Positions 59,780 through 64,000 of a DNA stretch of 64,000 nt are shown in pieces (position 1 is the first letter of the stretch; every line of letters begins with the position of its first letter). The notes below the pieces were generated by a model that was not told the origin of the DNA, ran no database searches, and saw only the letters and a list, made by a program, of their open reading frames with translations. The DNA is from Bacteroidota bacterium (lineage in GTDB: Bacteria; Bacteroidota; Bacteroidia; JAHEXY01). A program made the position numbers and the translations under genes. The stretch is taken from assembly GCA_023251875.1 (NCBI GenBank), contig JAHEXY010000012.1:16111-80110 (forward strand), in the 5' to 3' direction.

Positions 59780-62143
59780 ATGAAAAAAGCATTTACCCTA
59801 TCCCTTTTTATTTTATCTCTTACTTTTTCTTATAGCCAAGCACAAAATCCGTGGAACGGTAAAATAGTTCTGCAGGGTTATTGGTGGAATTATTGGAATA
59901 ACAATTACCAATACAATTGGGCCGATTATTTAAATGATATGGCTCCGCGCTTAAGAAGTATTGGTATTGATATGGTTTGGGTGCCACCAACCATAAAAAA
60001 TGCAGGGGCAGATAAAATGGGTTATTCACCTTTTGATCAATACGATCTTGGAGATAAATATCAAAAAGGAACAACTGCTACACGGTTTGGTAATAAAGAT
60101 GAATACCTAAAAATGGTTGCCACCATGCATGCCAATGGCATAAAAGTTATACAAGATGTAGTGCTCAATCATTGTAGTGATGCAGGCTCCTCCAATGGAT
60201 CAGGAGGACAAGATACTGAATCAAATTACTCTATGAAATCAGAAAGTGGCTACAAAAATTTTCGATATGTGTGCTATTCCACTCCAGCTAAAGATGAATC
60301 AAAATCGGATTATTATGCACGCCAAGGCAGGTGGTATAAAAATTATGAAAATTTTCATCCTAACATGTGGGACAATACTACAAGTACCAATTGGACGGAA
60401 AGCCTTTGGGGACCCGATTTTTGTTATGAATACTCAAAAGCTTATGGAACAAGTTCAAATGTAAGTGGGTATAATCCTTCTCAGTATGAAAGTTATAATG
60501 TTACGGAAGCCCGTAAATGGATAATATGGATGAAAAAGCAAACAGGTATTGATGGAATACGTTGGGATGCCGTAAAACATTTTCCTTATTATATTGTACA
60601 AGATTTAAGTTGGAATTTAAAATACAATGCAGGATGGGCTAATGGAGGTACAGAGATGTTTAATGTTGGAGAATATGTGGGAAGCATAACCGACATGGAT
60701 AATTGGATTAGTGCAGTGAAAACTTCGAATGGAGGAACAGAAGATTTGGCAGGAACATTTGATTTTAGCTTGCGACAAGAATTAAAAAATTTATCTGCTG
60801 CTAAAGGTTCCTATAATATTGGAAACATAGTTAATTATCAACAAAGCAATAGAACCAGAACTGTCCCTTTTGTAAATAATCATGATACTTATAGACCCAA
60901 TACTGATGCCAATGGAAACATTACAAGTTGGGATACTGCAAATGAATTAGGTGGTGGTCATATTGATTCTGATGATTCATGGCTTTCTGTTGCCTATGCT
61001 ATTGCATTATCTGTTGATGGAAGTCCGCAAATATTTTTTGAAGATTTATTCAAATTAAATGGAACCAGTAAAAGATATTCGCATTTGCCAACTTCAACCA
61101 CTGACTTACCGGTAAGAGATGATATAGCCAATTTAATTTGGTGCCACCAGAACTTGAGTTTTAAAGCAGGAGCTTATAAAGTGAGATACCAAGGTAGCGA
61201 TTTACTAGTGATAGAAAGAAGTGGAAAAGCTGTTATAGGAATTTGCGATAACCAAACCACTTGGCAAAATGCAAGTATCCAAACAGATTTTGCAGCAGGA
61301 ACAAAACTGCACGATTATTCAGGAAGCAATTCTGCAGATATTACGGTTGATTCAAAAGGAAAAATTACGGTATATGCTCCACCGGTTAATGGTACAGCAA
61401 CAAGAAAAGGATATTGTGTTTGGGCACCTGCAGGTTATGCATCTTCATATAACAATTCTTTGGCATCAACTACACAAGAGTGGGAAATGGCTGATGATTT
61501 AGGAGATTCACATGCTTCTTCATTAAAAGAAGGAGGCGCTTTACCGGCAAGTTCAACAGCATTAAGAACAGTAGGAAAAATATATTCTGATGCCAACAAA
61601 CAAATTACTTTAACATTAACACCGACCAATACTAACAAATATATTAAACTTACACTCTATAATTCAAGTGGAAGTTCAGTAGCAACTACTACCGGAAAAG
61701 GAACTTTAACATTAAGCTATACTCCAACTTCTATAGGCTTTTATACTATAAAAATAAAAAACTATTCTTCTAGCAATCCTGCACAAAATGTAAATGTAAT
61801 TGCAACATATACCGCTCCACGTAATAATTTTACCTCTTCAAGTGCTGCAAGTGTTATAGCTTCAATTGAAAATACAGAAAACCCATTACCAATTTCATTA
61901 AATGTATATCCTAACCCCACATCAAATAATATTCATTTTGATTTTGCCCTTACATCAGCAAGTCGTATAAAAATTAGTATTTATGATTTAGAAGGTAAAT
62001 TCATTAGCACAATTGCAGATCAAAATTATAATGAAGGAAATTGTAATATCACTTATTCAATCAATAATCTGAAACCTGGAATTTATCTATACAATTTCGA
62101 AACAGAAGAAGGCACTATAACAGGAAAGATTTTAAAAGAATAA
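59780..62143 (+). CDS. GH13 alpha-amylase-family glycoside hydrolase with T9SS C-terminal sorting domain
   Basis: Signal peptide. GH13 regions include DVVLNHC, GIRWDAVKH, EYVG and FVNNHD. The C-terminal ~80 aa has LNVYPNPTSN...GIYLYNFETEEGTITGKILKE. The start was set at the internal Met (MKKAFTLSLF). Confidence 0.8.
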   Translation: MKKAFTLSLFILSLTFSYSQAQNPWNGKIVLQGYWWNYWNNNYQYNWADYLNDMAPRLRSIGIDMVWVPPTIKNAGADKMGYSPFDQYDLGDKYQKGTTATRFGNKDEYLKMVATMHANGIKVIQDVVLNHCSDAGSSNGSGGQDTESNYSMKSESGYKNFRYVCYSTPAKDESKSDYYARQGRWYKNYENFHPNMWDNTTSTNWTESLWGPDFCYEYSKAYGTSSNVSGYNPSQYESYNVTEARKWIIWMKKQTGIDGIRWDAVKHFPYYIVQDLSWNLKYNAGWANGGTEMFNVGEYVGSITDMDNWISAVKTSNGGTEDLAGTFDFSLRQELKNLSAAKGSYNIGNIVNYQQSNRTRTVPFVNNHDTYRPNTDANGNITSWDTANELGGGHIDSDDSWLSVAYAIALSVDGSPQIFFEDLFKLNGTSKRYSHLPTSTTDLPVRDDIANLIWCHQNLSFKAGAYKVRYQGSDLLVIERSGKAVIGICDNQTTWQNASIQTDFAAGTKLHDYSGSNSADITVDSKGKITVYAPPVNGTATRKGYCVWAPAGYASSYNNSLASTTQEWEMADDLGDSHASSLKEGGALPASSTALRTVGKIYSDANKQITLTLTPTNTNKYIKLTLYNSSGSSVATTTGKGTLTLSYTPTSIGFYTIKIKNYSSSNPAQNVNVIATYTAPRNNFTSSSAASVIASIENTENPLPISLNVYPNPTSNNIHFDFALTSASRIKISIYDLEGKFISTIADQNYNEGNCNITYSINNLKPGIYLYNFETEEGTITGKILKE

Positions 62144-62167
62144 ATTTAGGCCATTAAAATTTCATAG
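62142..62167. repeat. 25-nt direct repeat, copy 1 (AAATTTAGGCCATTAAAATTTCATA)
   Basis: Identical to 62319..62343. The two copies are 177 bp apart. Confidence 0.85.
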
Positions 62168-62318
62168 TTTTATTTTACTGTCATGGCTAAAGCCCCTTTT
62201 TACATCTCATTTTACAACCCCAGACTTAAGTCTGGGGTTAAAAATCAATCAAAGATACGGGCTTTAGCCCTAAAAAAAGGATATAATCATTTTTTCAAAT
62301 AAATTTTAAACAGGCTCT

Positions 62319-62344
62319 AAATTTAGGCCATTAAAATTTCATAT
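62319..62344. repeat. 25-nt direct repeat, copy 2. It overlaps the stop codon and last 7 codons of the higA-like gene.
   Basis: Identical to 62142..62166. Confidence 0.85.
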
Positions 62345-62691
62345 GGAATACCCAAGCCTTCATGCAAGGCTTTAATCACTCTTTTTGATAATTCTTTTTT
62401 CTTATTTAATATTTCGGAAACTAAACTTTTGTTTCCGCCAAAGTATTTTATTAAGTCTTTTTGTTTTAAACCCTTTTCTTCCATAATGTATTTTATAGCT
62501 TCTACTGGATCTGGGGCTTCAATAGAATAGTGAATATTTTCATAGGATTCTACTAACGTAGAAATAATATCAAGTTCATCGTATTCAGCGGTTCTTTCCT
62601 TGGGATCTTTAGAGATTAATTCATCTATACGTTTTAATGCTGTACGATAATCTTTTTCTGTTCTAATAGGTTTAATACTTGCTTGTTTCAT
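62323..62691 (-). CDS. HigA-like antitoxin / XRE-family HTH protein
   Basis: C-terminal HTH (LKQKDLIKYFGGNKSLVSEILNKKKELS) and position downstream of the HigB-like toxin. Confidence 0.6.
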   Translation of the reverse strand: MKQASIKPIRTEKDYRTALKRIDELISKDPKERTAEYDELDIISTLVESYENIHYSIEAPDPVEAIKYIMEEKGLKQKDLIKYFGGNKSLVSEILNKKKELSKRVIKALHEGLGIPYEILMA

Positions 62692-62695
62692 ACAA

Positions 62696-62989
62696 CTATA
62701 TTGTTTTAGCGTCTATTCTATCATATTCTTTATGTGTGCCAACAAAGCGAATAAATACCTTTTGCATTTTAAAAACTATGTACACAATCAAACGATAATT
62801 ATTCCCTTTAATATTAAAAACAACTCTATTATTACCAATAATACTAGCATCTGTAAAAATGGCTTTGATATCATGAGAATTCTTCCAATTTGCTTTTTCT
62901 ACAATTTTGTGCCACGTTTTAAGAGGCACTTCTGAATCATTGTGTTTTTCCCAAAATGTTCTCAAAGTACTTTTAGCAATAACTCTCAT
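62696..62989 (-). CDS. type II toxin, HigB family (RelE/ParE superfamily)
   Basis: ...IKGNNYRLIVYIVFKMQKVFIRFVGTHKEYDRIDAKTI, with toxin-first gene order as in higBA. Confidence 0.65.
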   Translation of the reverse strand: MRVIAKSTLRTFWEKHNDSEVPLKTWHKIVEKANWKNSHDIKAIFTDASIIGNNRVVFNIKGNNYRLIVYIVFKMQKVFIRFVGTHKEYDRIDAKTI

Positions 62990-63064
62990 TATTTTTTACT
63001 TAGTCTGATAAAATTAAGGAAAAGTTCTCAAAAAAAGAACTTTATTTAAAAATAATCTTGCAGC

Positions 63065-64000
63065 CTAAAAAATCCTCAACCAGCCGGCCCAAACCGTTTT
63101 GTCTTGGTAGTTTACAATGTAGTAATAGGTATCAGAAGGCAATGCTTTGCCATGTAAATCTGTGCCGTCCCAATCATTTTTATAATCATCTTTTTCATAC
63201 ACTAATTTTCCCCAACGGTTGTATACTTTTAACCATAAGCCTTCCATTTCACCTGTAATTTCAATTACAAAATGATCATTTTTTCCATCACCATTGGGCG
63301 TAAACGTATTCGAAAATTGCGGCTCTAAATAAATATATTGGCTACTTGATGCTGTATCAGAACAACCATATTCATTAATGGCCCATAACTCAATTTTATA
63401 TTGGCCTTCTTTTTCATATTGGTATTGTGGATTTTCATCCGTTGAAGAACTTCCATCACCAAAATCCCAAATATAAGTTGTGGCTCCTTGCGAAGTATTT
63501 ATAAATTGCAAATAACTAACCTTTGTTCCATTTACTTGTGGGGTTAAGCTAAAATCAGCAACAGGCACAGGATAAATTTGCACTGTTGAGCCGTAGGGGT
63601 AAGTTGTTGCACATCCATTATCATAGGTTACAGTAAGGTTTACATTAAATGAACCCGTTGTATCGTATTCATGAGAAGTATTTTCATCAGTAGAAGTTTG
63701 TCCATCTCCAAAATCCCATAAGTAAGTACTAGCCGGAAAAGTAATAGAAGAGTCTATCACATTAAAATATACGGTAAGAGGAGGACAACTATCTACATCA
63801 GAAAGGGTATAATTTAGCTGAGGGTAATCAAATACAGTTACCAACTGATCTTTAGTTACAGTATAAACGCAAGTATCATTGGTATTAAAAACATAAGCCT
63901 TTAAAGTAATATCATACGTTCCTACACTAGCAAAAAAGTGACTTGGATTTATATCATTGCTAGTAGTGCCATCACCAAAATCCCATACCCATTGATCTAC
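63065..64000 (-). CDS. PKD-repeat protein with T9SS type B (gliding-associated CHU_C-like) C-terminal domain. It is 5'-partial because the ORF continues past the window end.
   Basis: WDFGDG.ST PKD motifs occur three times. C-terminus FTPNGDGKNDHFVIE...YNRWGKLVYE...DTYYYIV. The ORF-track Met at 63844 is a TTG within a frame that stays open to position 64000. Confidence 0.65.
   Translation of the reverse strand, partial: VDQWVWDFGDGTTSNDINPSHFFASVGTYDITLKAYVFNTNDTCVYTVTKDQLVTVFDYPQLNYTLSDVDSCPPLTVYFNVIDSSITFPASTYLWDFGDGQTSTDENTSHEYDTTGSFNVNLTVTYDNGCATTYPYGSTVQIYPVPVADFSLTPQVNGTKVSYLQFINTSQGATTYIWDFGDGSSSTDENPQYQYEKEGQYKIELWAINEYGCSDTASSSQYIYLEPQFSNTFTPNGDGKNDHFVIEITGEMEGLWLKVYNRWGKLVYEKDDYKNDWDGTDLHGKALPSDTYYYIVNYQDKTVWAGWLRIF

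Overview
This 64 kb window is chromosomal DNA from a low-GC Bacteroidetes genome, most likely Flavobacteriia-like. The assignment rests on gldD/gldE gliding genes, several type IX secretion (T9SS) C-terminal sorting domains, an ssb-mutY-hup neighbourhood and TPR-SpoIIE regulators. Most genes are housekeeping: kdsA, glpK, sucC, ssb, mutY, an HU-family protein, an RNase E/G-family enzyme, pruA, apaG, two tandem FKBP-type isomerases, an MsbA-like ABC exporter, a flotillin and a beta-CASP RNase. Several T9SS cargo proteins are present: a leucine-rich-repeat protein, a GH13 alpha-amylase, a 1716-aa C25-peptidase-like giant overlapping a PorV/FadL-like barrel, and a PKD protein with a type B domain. 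Accessory genes include three type II toxin-antitoxin pairs and a Fic protein. The standout locus lies at about 12.0-17.4 kb. A TROVE/vWA Ro60 orthologue (Rsr) is followed by roughly 560 nt of non-coding DNA. That stretch holds two tandem circularly permuted tRNA-like modules, in the order T-arm, loop-closed acceptor stem, D-arm. This is the YrlA-type bacterial Y RNA architecture. The stretch also holds four copies of a 22-nt motif. Downstream come a T4 Rnl1-family RNA ligase and a T4 Pnkp-type polynucleotide kinase-phosphatase. A WYL-domain HTH regulator is transcribed divergently. Two 8-3-8 palindromes with TTGCGCA-like half-sites sit in the shared promoter region. I read this as a Ro60/Y-RNA-guided RNA repair cassette under a WYL sensor. 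Other non-coding observations are reported separately: an 80-85-nt nested-palindrome repeat family in three intergenic sites, a (TGGTTGT)x7 microsatellite abutting the sucC start, a duplicated structured element in a 700-bp non-coding leader, and 25-bp direct repeats that copy the 3' end of a higA-like gene. No CRISPR array, rRNA gene, canonical tRNA gene, transposase or integrase was seen.
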